Assembly: GCA_965228735.1 (NCBI GenBank)
Contig: OZ245838.1
Coordinates: forward strand, 1,344,001-1,408,000
Direction: 5' to 3'
DNA length: 64,000 nt
Source of the DNA: Planctomycetota bacterium
Lineage (GTDB): Bacteria > Planctomycetota > UBA1135 > UBA2386
The notes below the pieces were generated by a model. That model worked only from the letters and a program-made list of their open reading frames with translations. It had not been told where the DNA came from and searched no databases. The position numbers and the translations under genes were made by a program. Positions 29,200 to 39,400 of the stretch are shown piece after piece; within the stretch, counting starts at the first letter, position 1; the number at the start of each line of letters is the position of its first letter.

Positions 29200-30927
29200 A
29201 TGAAGTCCATCCCGACCGGCACTCCCGCACTCCTGACGTTCTTCCTCGCGCTCGGCCTCGCGCCGGCTCAGGACGCGGCCGGCCCGCCCCGCATGCGGCT
29301 GTACGACGTCCGCGACATCGTTCGGCTCGAGCCGAACTACCTGCCCGCGGCGGCCGTCGACGCGTCGCTCGTGCCGGCGGGACTGCACGAGAGCGACGAT
29401 CCACACGTCGCGCTCGAGCTCGGCGACCTCGTCAACTTCCTGTACATGAGCACGGACCCCATGTATTGGGACCGGGAAGGCGTCGAACTCCGCGGTGACG
29501 ACAGCGGCTACCTCGCGATCTGGTGCGACGAAGGGATGCACGCGCAAACGCGCAGCGTGCTCAGCAAGATTCGCCGGGTGCTGTTCGAACCCGTGCTCGT
29601 CGAGCTGCACGAACTCCCCGGCTCCGTGTTGCAGGATCGCAGCGCCGTCCTTTCCGCGAACGCGGTGACCGACCTCCTCGCCGAGGCGGAAGAGCACGGG
29701 GTGCTCGCCGGCCGCGCCAATCCACGGCGGCCGCTGCTGCTCGAGTCGAAGCGGATCCAGAACCGGGTCGCGAGCTTCTCGATGGTCGTCGCGCAGGACG
29801 CCGCGACGCCCGACCTCGGGCTCGCCGCGGAGAACTACGGTTCGACCTGGAGCGTGCGCGTCCGCCGTACGCTCGACGAACGTATCCTCGTCACCCTGTC
29901 CGGCAGCGACCGCACCCTGACCCGTGGTCCGGTCTGCGAACTGCCGACCGCCGAACCCGGCAAGCTCGCGGCCGTCGAGCTGCCCGTGACGGCGATCGCG
30001 ACGGCACACGCGAGCGCCTACCTGCGACCTGGCGAAGGGTTGCTCATTGGCAGCGACGCCCCGGGCGGCGGCGCGCTCTGCCTGCGCATTCGGCGCACGC
30101 CGGCGGCCGACCTCACCGTCGGCGCAACGACGATCTACCCGGTGAGCAACCTCACCCGCGGCGCCGCGCGCCCGGCACCGATCCGCATCCCGTACTCCGA
30201 TGGCCATCTGCTCCCCGAGAGCGACGAAGAGCCGATGCCCGCGGTGTTCGACGATGGCCGCCTGCAGGAGTGGCTCACCGCCCAGGTCCAGCCCGACACC
30301 TGGGACGGTTCGCCCAACACGATGCACAGCCTCAACGGCCACCTGCTCGTGGCTGCCGACGACGACACCCAGAAGGGCGTCCGGGAAGCGCTGCAGCAGC
30401 TGCAGCTCATCGATGCACGCCAGTACACGCTCGAGGTCGCGTTCGGCGACGTGACGACCGAGCAGATCGCCGACCTCACGGACCTCGACCCGACGCAACT
30501 CGCCACCGCGTTGCCCCACCGCTGCGTGACGACGGTGTCCGCGAGCCGCGACACCAGCGTCAGCAGCACGTGGCACACGCCGTACGTCAAGGACTACCGG
30601 GCCGTGATCGCCACCGGCAGCTCCGCGGCATCGCCGCTCCTCGGCTCGATCGCGCGCGGCTTCCTCATGCAGGCGAGCGTCGGCCCGATGGACCAGGGGG
30701 CGACCCTGCTCGATCTGCGCATGACGCTGCTCACGCACGACGACAAGCCGGGCCAGTTGCAGGTCGCGCACCCTGGCTTCGCCCGACTCGCGAAGGTCGA
30801 CGTGCGCGAGAACACGCTGCGCGGGGCCACGTTGGTCACGCTCGGCGAATGGACGATCCTGCAGCTCGCGCCCCTCGCCGACGGCAGTGGCCATGTCGCG
30901 ATCGTGGCGCGACTGCGGTCCGCGTAG
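29200..30927 (+). CDS. Secreted protein with two tandem secretin-N/NolW-like plus secretin-like units
   Basis: RLYDVRDI / IYPVSNL, TDPMYWD / VQPDTWD, TPYVKDY..VIA...ASP; signal peptide ending APA-Q. Confidence 0.65.
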   Translation: MKSIPTGTPALLTFFLALGLAPAQDAAGPPRMRLYDVRDIVRLEPNYLPAAAVDASLVPAGLHESDDPHVALELGDLVNFLYMSTDPMYWDREGVELRGDDSGYLAIWCDEGMHAQTRSVLSKIRRVLFEPVLVELHELPGSVLQDRSAVLSANAVTDLLAEAEEHGVLAGRANPRRPLLLESKRIQNRVASFSMVVAQDAATPDLGLAAENYGSTWSVRVRRTLDERILVTLSGSDRTLTRGPVCELPTAEPGKLAAVELPVTAIATAHASAYLRPGEGLLIGSDAPGGGALCLRIRRTPAADLTVGATTIYPVSNLTRGAARPAPIRIPYSDGHLLPESDEEPMPAVFDDGRLQEWLTAQVQPDTWDGSPNTMHSLNGHLLVAADDDTQKGVREALQQLQLIDARQYTLEVAFGDVTTEQIADLTDLDPTQLATALPHRCVTTVSASRDTSVSSTWHTPYVKDYRAVIATGSSAASPLLGSIARGFLMQASVGPMDQGATLLDLRMTLLTHDDKPGQLQVAHPGFARLAKVDVRENTLRGATLVTLGEWTILQLAPLADGSGHVAIVARLRSA

Positions 30928-31186
30928 CGACACTGTCAGGGACAGCAGCCGCAGCGCCTCTGCTGCCGCGCCGTGGGACCGACGCAACCAGCCTGACCCC
31001 GCGCACATGGCGCGTGGCAGCGTGAGCGGCGTCACGCGATGCCCCGGCGCAGATCCTGTGACACTCTGCGGACCGAAACCACCTCACGGTGCGGACGGTC
31101 GCACTTGCGGGCAGCCGCCGGCGATGGCCGCTACACTGCGCGTCTCGCCCTGCCCGTTCTTGCCTCCCAACCACCGATACCAACGC

Positions 31187-32341
31187 ATGCACACGCTCCC
31201 CTCGCGGCTCGCTCTCGCGACGCTGCTCGGCGCCACGGCGCTGCCCGCCCAGAACTTCATGGGCTTCTCCTACAACACGATCGCCAGCACCAACTCGCGC
31301 GGCCAGCTCGACGTCGCGGCCGGCGAGATCATGACGCGCATCGACGGCGACGAGTACGCCGGCTGGGGCACCGACACTCCCGGCATGCGCACGATCGCGA
31401 GCATCTTCCTGCTCGTGCAGGACCAGGACGCCGTCGCGACGCCGAACGAGCCGTTCGGCATCTACCTCTACCCCGAGGATCCGACCAACCCCGGCTTCCC
31501 GGACCTCGCGCAGCGCACGCCATTCGTCGTCGGCCTCGCCGGCCCGGGGGCGCCGCCGAGCGGCACGATCAACGGCGCGGTCATCGTCGCGACGCCGGCC
31601 GCGCCGGTCGCGGTTCCCATCCAGGGCGGCGGTGACGTGTTCGTCGCGCTCGATCTGCCGGCGGCGCCGAACTGGCCGAACGACGGACTGTCGACGCTCG
31701 TCATCCTCGGCTACCAGCCGGCCGGCGTGACGTTCTTCGACGCACCCGGGCAGGCCCAACAGACCGGCACGCCGCCGGGGCCCGAGAACTCGCACATGCT
31801 GACGAACGACGCCGGCGCGCTGACCTACGACGAACGCAGCCAGTTCGTCTTCGACATCGCGCACAGCACCGCGGCCGGCGTCGCGCTCGGCATCACGAAT
31901 CAGGCGTCGTTCCCGGCGAGCGCCAATCCGCCGCCGACCGGCTTCGGCCCGGCACCCGGCACCGGGTCGTTCTTCTCGGGCACGGCGCCGGACGTCTCGC
32001 AGTTCGACCCGACGCGCGCGGACGACGTGACGTTCGACTACTTCCGCGCGGGCTCCGGCCCCAACCCGCTCGTGTTCTTCCTCGTCGACATCGGCGGTTT
32101 CGCGCCCGAGGTCCCACTGAGTAGCTTCGTGCCCGGCAGCACCGGCGTGCTCTGCGTCAGCAACAACGCGATCACGCTCGGCATCGGCGCGAGCATCGGC
32201 GACGAAGCCTGGTTCACGCAGACGTTCCCGGCCGGGGCCCGCGCGTCGGCCGTCGGCCTGCCGATGGTACAGCAGGCCGTCGAGTTCGACCCGAACGCGG
32301 TCGTCGGGCACGCCAGCCCGTGCGCGCGCCAGGTCTTCTAG
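31187..32341 (+). CDS. Secreted protein with a divergent shared C-terminal domain
   Basis: Signal peptide ending LPA-Q; tail VPLSSFVPGSTGVLC...GLPMVQQAVEFDP..HASP. Confidence 0.8.
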   Translation: MHTLPSRLALATLLGATALPAQNFMGFSYNTIASTNSRGQLDVAAGEIMTRIDGDEYAGWGTDTPGMRTIASIFLLVQDQDAVATPNEPFGIYLYPEDPTNPGFPDLAQRTPFVVGLAGPGAPPSGTINGAVIVATPAAPVAVPIQGGGDVFVALDLPAAPNWPNDGLSTLVILGYQPAGVTFFDAPGQAQQTGTPPGPENSHMLTNDAGALTYDERSQFVFDIAHSTAAGVALGITNQASFPASANPPPTGFGPAPGTGSFFSGTAPDVSQFDPTRADDVTFDYFRAGSGPNPLVFFLVDIGGFAPEVPLSSFVPGSTGVLCVSNNAITLGIGASIGDEAWFTQTFPAGARASAVGLPMVQQAVEFDPNAVVGHASPCARQVF

Positions 32342-32494
32342 GCGCCCCCCCGGCTACCGGCCGCCCTGCCCGATCGGGCACGCCGGGTGGGCTCGGTGGC
32401 CGGCCGCATACCCCAACCACCGACCGCACCGGCCATTCGACATGACCGCCGACTCGCGCTGGACAGGCCAGGGCCGCGCGCTAGATTTCCTGGC

Positions 32495-32737
32495 ATGACC
32501 CACGTGATCGCCGAACCCTGCGTCAATGTGAAAGACAAGGCCTGCGTCGACGTCTGCCCCGTGGACTGCATCCACGGCAAGGACGATGACCCGCAGCTCT
32601 ACATCAACCCGGACGACTGCATCGACTGCACGCTCTGCGTCGACGCGTGCCCGGTGACGGCGATCTTCGCGGAAGAGGATCTACCCGAGGAATGGAAGAA
32701 CTTCACCGCGGTCAACAAGGACTACTTCGGGAGCTGA
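32495..32737 (+). CDS. fdxA: 7Fe-type ferredoxin
   Basis: MTHVIAEPCVNVKDKACVDVCPVDCI...CIDCTLCVDACP. Confidence 0.93.
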   Translation: MTHVIAEPCVNVKDKACVDVCPVDCIHGKDDDPQLYINPDDCIDCTLCVDACPVTAIFAEEDLPEEWKNFTAVNKDYFGS

Positions 32738-33774
32738 GCGCGCCCCGAGAACCCCACGCGCGGTTCAGCCGCCAGGTGCGCGTCGCCGGGATCGGGGACG
32801 CGGGCCAGGAGCGGATCGCGAACGCGACCGTTCTGATCGTCGGGATCGGTGCCCTTGGCACCCACACGGCCGAGGCGCTCTGTCGCGCCGGTGTCGGCCG
32901 CCTGCTGCTCGTCGACCGCGACATCGTCGAGCTCAGCAACCTGCAGCGCCAGACGCTGTTCGACGAACGCGACGCCGAGGACGGCACGCCGAAGGCAACG
33001 GCGGCCGCCGCCCGCCTGCGCACCGTGCACTCCGGCTGCGCGATCGAGGCGATCGTCGACGACTGCTCGGCCGAGCTCCTACAGCACCTGTCAGCGCGGC
33101 CGGACCTCGTGCTCGACGGGACCGACAACTTCCCGACCCGCTACCTGCTCAACGACTGGTGCGCCGAGCAGGGGATCCCGTGGATCTACGCGGGCGCCGT
33201 CGGCACCGAGGGCGCCGCGATGGTCGTGCAACCGGCCGGCCCGTGCCTGCGCTGCCTGTGGCCCGACCCGCCGCAGGGCAGCGACGTCGGCAACTGCGAG
33301 ACGGCGGGCATCCTCGCGCCCGCGATCGCCGCGGTCACGGCGTTCCAGGTTGCCGAGGCGATCAAGTTGCTGTCCGGCAACAAGGACGCGGTGAGCAGCG
33401 GCGTGTTCACGTGTGACGTGTGGCGCGGCAGCTACCAACGCCAGGAGCTCGCGGCCGGACCTGCACCCGACTGTCCGGTGTGTTCACGCCGCGAGTTCCC
33501 CGCCCTCACGGCCGCGCCGAACACCGCCGTCACGCTCTGCGGTCGCGACGCCGTGCAGGTCGATCCGCCGCGCGCCGTGCCCGTCGATCTCGGCAAGCTC
33601 GCGGTGCGACTCGGCGACGCGGTCTCCGGCCTGCAGCGCACCACGCACCTGCTGCGCTTCGAGGTCGACGGCTGCCGGTTCAGCGTCTTCCCGGGCGGTC
33701 GCGCGCTGCTCTTCGGCGTGCGCGATCCGCTGCGGGCCCGCGCGCTGTACGATCGCTGGGTCGGCGTCTCATGA
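32734..33774 (+). CDS. ThiF/MoeB-family adenylyltransferase (probable CTG start)
   Basis: RFSRQ, GIGALG, DRDIVELSNLQRQ, DGTDNF, CLRC, CETAG, CPVC, LCGRDAVQ. Confidence 0.92.
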   Translation: MSAPREPHARFSRQVRVAGIGDAGQERIANATVLIVGIGALGTHTAEALCRAGVGRLLLVDRDIVELSNLQRQTLFDERDAEDGTPKATAAAARLRTVHSGCAIEAIVDDCSAELLQHLSARPDLVLDGTDNFPTRYLLNDWCAEQGIPWIYAGAVGTEGAAMVVQPAGPCLRCLWPDPPQGSDVGNCETAGILAPAIAAVTAFQVAEAIKLLSGNKDAVSSGVFTCDVWRGSYQRQELAAGPAPDCPVCSRREFPALTAAPNTAVTLCGRDAVQVDPPRAVPVDLGKLAVRLGDAVSGLQRTTHLLRFEVDGCRFSVFPGGRALLFGVRDPLRARALYDRWVGVS

Positions 33775-33815
33775 ACCCGGCGACCGCTCACCCTGGCGAA
33801 GGATCGACCTCTTGA

Positions 33816-34937
33816 ATGATCTATCTGGATAGCGCGGCCACGAGCTACCCGAAGCCGCCCGCGGTGCGAGCGGCCGTTCTCGAGTGGTACGACGACTACG
33901 GTGTGAGCGCCGACCGCGGCGACTCGACCCGTTCGATCGAGGTCGGCATGCGCGTCGCGATGGCGCGCCGCGTGCTCGGTGATCACTGCGGCGTGCCGCG
34001 GGCGAACGTCGCGTTCACGTCGGGCGCGACCGAGTCGCTCAACCTCGCGTTGCGCGCGCTGCTGCGGCCCGGCCAGCGCGTGCTCACGACGGCGTTCGAA
34101 CACAGCTCCGTCGTGCGGCCGCTGCGGGCCCTCGCCGGCGAACGCGGCCTGCAGGTCGATGTCGTCCCACCGGACGGGGACCTGGGACTCGACCCGGCGG
34201 CGATCGATGCCGCGCTGGCCGAGGCCCGGCCCGACGTCTTCGTCTTCACCCACGCGAGCAACGTCACCGGCGCGCTGTTCGACGCTGCCGCGTTCTGCGA
34301 GTCCGCCCGCAAGCACGGCGCTGTCTCGGTGATCGACGTGTCCCAGACCGCTGGCCTGTTCGCGATCGACGTCGGCGCGGATCTGGTGGCGGGCAGTTGT
34401 CACAAGGGACTGCACGGCCCACCGGGGCTCGGGTTCCTCGCGCTCCGGGCGGCGAGCGGACTCGCGCTCGCACCCCAGAAGCAGGGCGGCACCGGCAGCT
34501 CCGTCGCGCTGGCCGAGCATCCGACGGCGTGGCCGAGCGCGTTCGAGGCCGGCACGCCGAACACGCCCGCAATCTTCGGCCTGCTCGCAGCGCTCGAGTG
34601 GCTCTCGATCGAGGGCCGCGACCACCTCGCGGAGCTCGCGCTCGCCCGCACGCGCGAACTCGAGGACCAGCTTGCCGAGGTCCGCGGGTTGTCGATCGTT
34701 CCCCGCCCCGCCGGCCCGCGCACGCCGGTCGTCAGCGTCGTGCACGAAGCGCTCGACCCGGCGGAGCTCGGCGCGATCCTCGCCGCGCAGGACGTCCACG
34801 CTCGCTCGGGCCACCACTGCGCGCCATGGATCCACGAGCACCTCGGGACCGCGGCCGCGGGCACCCTGCGACTCTCACCCGGCCCCGACGTCAGCGCAGC
34901 CGATATTGCGGCGGTAGTGGCAGCCTTGGCGTGCTGA
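33816..34937 (+). CDS. Cysteine desulfurase-like PLP enzyme (aminotransferase class V)
   Basis: IYLDSAATSYPKP, EHSSV, HASNVTG, SCHKGL.GP.G, EAGTPN, RSGHHCAP. Confidence 0.93.
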   Translation: MIYLDSAATSYPKPPAVRAAVLEWYDDYGVSADRGDSTRSIEVGMRVAMARRVLGDHCGVPRANVAFTSGATESLNLALRALLRPGQRVLTTAFEHSSVVRPLRALAGERGLQVDVVPPDGDLGLDPAAIDAALAEARPDVFVFTHASNVTGALFDAAAFCESARKHGAVSVIDVSQTAGLFAIDVGADLVAGSCHKGLHGPPGLGFLALRAASGLALAPQKQGGTGSSVALAEHPTAWPSAFEAGTPNTPAIFGLLAALEWLSIEGRDHLAELALARTRELEDQLAEVRGLSIVPRPAGPRTPVVSVVHEALDPAELGAILAAQDVHARSGHHCAPWIHEHLGTAAAGTLRLSPGPDVSAADIAAVVAALAC

Positions 34938-36447
34938 AGTGCTCGTAGAGCGCGATCGCCACGAGGTAGAACTTGCTCGACGGCCCGATGCCGGTCGGCC
35001 GGTAGCGATTCTCGTAGTCGATCTCGGCGACGAACTTGGTGCCCTCGTTCCCGCCGACGAGCAGCATGTCGCGCACGAGCAGCCGCTCCGCTTCGTAGAG
35101 CCCGAGACCGGGGTGGCTCCCCCAGCGCCAGAGCGCTTCTTCGAGCGCCTGCTTCGCCGCCGCGCGCGGCAACCGGCCATCCGCGGCCAGCGTCGCCATC
35201 GCGGCAAGCGTGAGGTCCGCGCAGAGCATCGGCGTCGCTTCGAGTCCGGCAGCCCAACGGACGAAGAACCACTCGGGCAGCTCGCGGATCTGCACATCGG
35301 GGATCGCTGTCACGTCGTCGTGGAGCAGGCGCCATGCGAGGGCGATCGCGATCTCCCGGTTGACGCGGGAGTCCGTGGCCCAGATCGCGTGGTCGTCGAC
35401 GATCCGCCGCGGATCACCGCGCGACAGCACGTAGGAGACGGCGAGTCGCTGCGGGCGCTGGTCACGCGGGTGCGGCGCGGGCTCCAGCCACTTCCTGACC
35501 TTGACGGCCGACCGGCGGTTGCTCGCGAGCAGTTCGAGCAACTCGTACTGCGGCCGAGGGCCGCTGTCGCTCACGTCGTCCCGCGCCGACCGCAACAACG
35601 CCGCCGCCTGCCGTGCGGCCGCATACTTCACGCCACTGAGGCCGGCCACCTGCTGCGCCTTCGCGAGCAGCTGAGGCGCGATCTTGCGGCTGTCCTCGGT
35701 GAGGCGCGCGCCGTACAGCATGGCCCCGCGCCAGAACAGGTCGTCGTGGTCCTTCGGATCGCGCAGGTTGAAGCGCCGATTCCAGATCGACTGCGGCACG
35801 GGCAATCCCGCATACGCCGTCGCGCCCGCGAGCCCCGGATCGTCGTCGGTGAGCACGGGCGCGCCGGGCGCCGACGCGCTGCCGGGAATCCGGGCAGCCG
35901 CGAGCCGAGCAGCGATGTCGAGTATCTGGACAGGTGACCTCGTCGGGCCGATGCTGCGGGACCAGAAGTTGGCCACCCCGCGCTGCCGCGGCGGCCCGAG
36001 CGCCAACGCCAACGCGGCCATCGTGCGTTCTTCCTTGATCGCCTTCTGCTGGCCGAGCCACGCGAACAACCGCTCGTCCTCGGCCTCCCCGCCCGCGAGG
36101 ATCGCGGCGCCGAGCAGAGCATTGCGGCGCCGCACGTTCGACTGCTCGGCAGCCAGCATGTCCCACAGCATCGGCGTTGCGGCTCGCCCGAGATCCGCGG
36201 CGAGCCCGAAGCCGGCCGCGTAGTCGAACTCCGCCGACGTCAGCCAGAGGCGCAACCGACCGTCGAACGGAGCGCTCGCCGGCCTCAGCCAACCCGGCCC
36301 CGCGATGCCATCGGCGCCCTGAACCTGAGCTCGAACGAGTTGAGGCCAGGCGAGACAACAGCCGATACACCAGATCGCGGGGAACGGGAGCCGCGCAGCC
36401 TTCCTGCGCCTGACTCGTTGGTCCGATCGATACGCGTGCCGTCGCAT
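34891..36447 (-). CDS. Hypothetical helical (HEAT-like) exported protein; start uncertain
   Basis: Long ORF with typical codon use; possible signal peptide ending LVRA-Q. Confidence 0.65.
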   Translation of the reverse strand: MRRHAYRSDQRVRRRKAARLPFPAIWCIGCCLAWPQLVRAQVQGADGIAGPGWLRPASAPFDGRLRLWLTSAEFDYAAGFGLAADLGRAATPMLWDMLAAEQSNVRRRNALLGAAILAGGEAEDERLFAWLGQQKAIKEERTMAALALALGPPRQRGVANFWSRSIGPTRSPVQILDIAARLAAARIPGSASAPGAPVLTDDDPGLAGATAYAGLPVPQSIWNRRFNLRDPKDHDDLFWRGAMLYGARLTEDSRKIAPQLLAKAQQVAGLSGVKYAAARQAAALLRSARDDVSDSGPRPQYELLELLASNRRSAVKVRKWLEPAPHPRDQRPQRLAVSYVLSRGDPRRIVDDHAIWATDSRVNREIAIALAWRLLHDDVTAIPDVQIRELPEWFFVRWAAGLEATPMLCADLTLAAMATLAADGRLPRAAAKQALEEALWRWGSHPGLGLYEAERLLVRDMLLVGGNEGTKFVAEIDYENRYRPTGIGPSSKFYLVAIALYEHFSTPRLPLPPQYRLR

Positions 36448-39400
36448 GAGTGAATCTGGCAACATCCTGGACAACGAGGAAGTCGACTTCCTGCTCGAGG
36501 GGGAAGAGCAGAACAAGCACGACGCCTCGCCGCAGCCGTCAGAAGGAACGGAACAGGCCGTCACGATGCGTGGCGACCTCGACCAGATCAACCTGTCGGA
36601 CATCTTCCAGACGCTGTCGATGACCAAGATGGAGGGGGTCCTCCGCATCCACAACCCCCTCGAGCAGCGCCAGGTCTACTGCAAGGACGGCTTCCTCCGG
36701 ATCCTGACCCCGCCGCGGGTCATCCAGCGTCGCATCGGCCAACGCCTCGTCGCCGCCAACCTGATCACGACCGAGCAGTTGCGCTCCGCGCTCATGCGCC
36801 AGCGCAAGGAACGGCTCCCGATCGGCCAGATCCTCGTCGCCGACGGCATCATCACGAATGACCAGATCGAAGATGTCGCGAGCGTGCAGGTCGCCGAAGA
36901 CCTGTTCGCGATCTTCACCTGGAATCATGGCGCGTTCGAGTTCTACCGCGGGCCGGTCGAGGATCCGGAACTGCGGGAGAACTTCCGCGACTGCCCCGAA
37001 TTCGAGATCAGCAGTCTGCTGCTCGAAGTGGCGCGTCGCTCCGACGAGTGGGAGACGATCCTCGAATCGATCGGCAACCTCGATGAGCTCCCGATCGCCA
37101 CGACCGATGAGCCGCCGCGCGAACTGGGCGAACTCGAGTTCGTCCTGTTCCGCAACGCGGACGGTCGCCGGAGATATCGTCATCTGGCGGAGCAGTCGAC
37201 CCAGAGTCTGTTCGAGGCCGCTCGGGTCGCCCGCGACCTCGTTCGAGAAGGCCTGATCGTCAACCTCTCCGACGAGCAGATGATCGAGGCGGCGGCCGCC
37301 TTCACCGACGAGGGCACCACGAAACAGGCCGTCATCGTGCTGCAGACGCTGCGCGATCGTGACCACGACCTGGATATCGAGATCGTCCGCGGCATGGCGC
37401 ACGTTCTCGAACGCGCCGGCGAGAGGAAGCTCGCCGGCCTGACCTTGCTCGAGGTCGCCGAACGCCAGACCAACCCCGAGGCGACGCTCGAGTTCGCGCG
37501 CGAAGCAGCGGACTTCGCCCCGCACGACCCGGCGACGCTGCGGTTCCTGCGGCAATCCCTGCTGCAGCTCGAACCGCACGACAACCCCGAGGTCGAGGAG
37601 GTCACGGGCAAGCTCATCGACTCGATGCTCGCCGACGACCTGATCGACGAGGCGCTCGCGATCATCGAAGAGGCCCGCTTCGAGACGACTCCGGGCCCAG
37701 CACTCTTGCTGCGGGAGGCGCGGGTCCAGCAGCGACTCGGCAACGCGGCCGGCGCGATCACCGCGTTCGAGGAGGTCGCCGAGCTCTTCCGCGAGCAAGG
37801 CGACGTGCCGCGCGTTCGCGAGGCGCTCGAGCAGATCCTCCGGCTCGACCGTCGCCGCAAGGACGTCGCGCGCCAGCTCAAGCGCCTCAGTCGCTCGAAG
37901 ACCACGCAGGCCATCCGGATTGCGGCGATCACGATCGTGCTGGTGCTCGCGGGTTCGATGGGTCTGGTGATCTGGCAGCAGGACCGCTTCGAATCCGCGG
38001 TCCGCGAGGCCGGCAACGAGATCAGCGCCCTGATCGCGGCGGGTGATCGCAACAAGGCGCGCGAGCGCCTCGTGCACTGGGCTCATCAGCTCGGCGAATG
38101 CCCGGAAGCCGACGACCTCCGCCGCCAGGTCGAGTTCGCCGACGCCGCCGAGCTGCAGCGCCAGGCCCGCGCGGAGCGCGAACGGACGAACGAGCGACTC
38201 GTCACGGCCGCCGAGATGCTCGACAAGGGGCAGCTGCGTTCCGCGCTCGTCGTCTACGACGACCTCCGGAGCAAGGAGGCCAACCAGGCGGAGATCGAAT
38301 CCGTCGTGAACACGCGCCTCAAGGCCCTGCTCGCGGACATCGACTCGGCAGCGAAGATCATGGCGACGCGCCTGCCCGAGGAGCCCAACCGGCTCATGCA
38401 TCGACGCCAGCTCGTCGACAATCTGGCCGACATCAAGACGGTATGCCAGCCGGCGCTCTACGTGCTCGTGGACGACCTGCTCAACCTGCACGACGGCAAG
38501 GAGCTGCCGGCCTACCTCGCGCCCGATCTCCGCGCCGACGTCGACACCCTGATCGAACGGCACCGCGCGACGTTCGAGCGCGCCCGCGACCTGCTCGCCG
38601 CCTACACGCGCGCCGTGGAGAAGAGCGACCGGCAACGCGAGTACGATCCGGTGTTCAAGAAGGCCCTCGACTGCGAGGAAGCCCACGATTTCGCGGGAGC
38701 ACTGGAGCTGTTCCAGGAGCTGCAGAAGTCCGAGGTCGACGATCCGGCGCTGCGCGCGCTCTTCCGCGACCACGTCACGCGGAACGCGACGATCGTCAAG
38801 CTCATGGGCGAGCTCGGCAACGCGACGGGCAGCGGCAACTACGCCACGGCGCTCCAGCAGCTCAAGGCGCTGAAGCTCGCCTTCGAGGACGTCCCGTTCG
38901 AGAAGCTCGTCCGGCTGCCGCTCAAGATCGAATCCGACCCGGTCGGCGCGGCAGTGCACTGCAACGGCGCGGAGATCGGCAAGACCCCGTGCATCGTCGC
39001 GTTCATCCCGGCCGAGGAGAACCGCTTCCGGATCGCGCTCGATGGCTTCGAGGCCCGCGACTTCGAGCTCGTGGACCACGAGTCCCTGGCCGGCCAGCTC
39101 GGCGTGCAGCTCGTGTTCGCACCGGCGCACTCGATGGCGCACGGCAATTCGGTCGACAAGCCGCCGCTCACGTTGAACGACGGCACGCTGGTCTTCACGG
39201 ACCGCGGCGGCAACGCGTTCGCCATGAAGCCGGGCGCGACCGAACCGCACTGGACCTTCAAGTCGGGCGACCTCTCGGGCCTGCTGTCGCGGCCCTTCGG
39301 CATCGGCGGGAACGTCGTGTTCGCGTCGCTCGACGGCAAGCTGCGCTGCGTCGATGGCAAGACCGGGGTCGAGATCTGGTCGTTGCCCGACCTGCCCACG

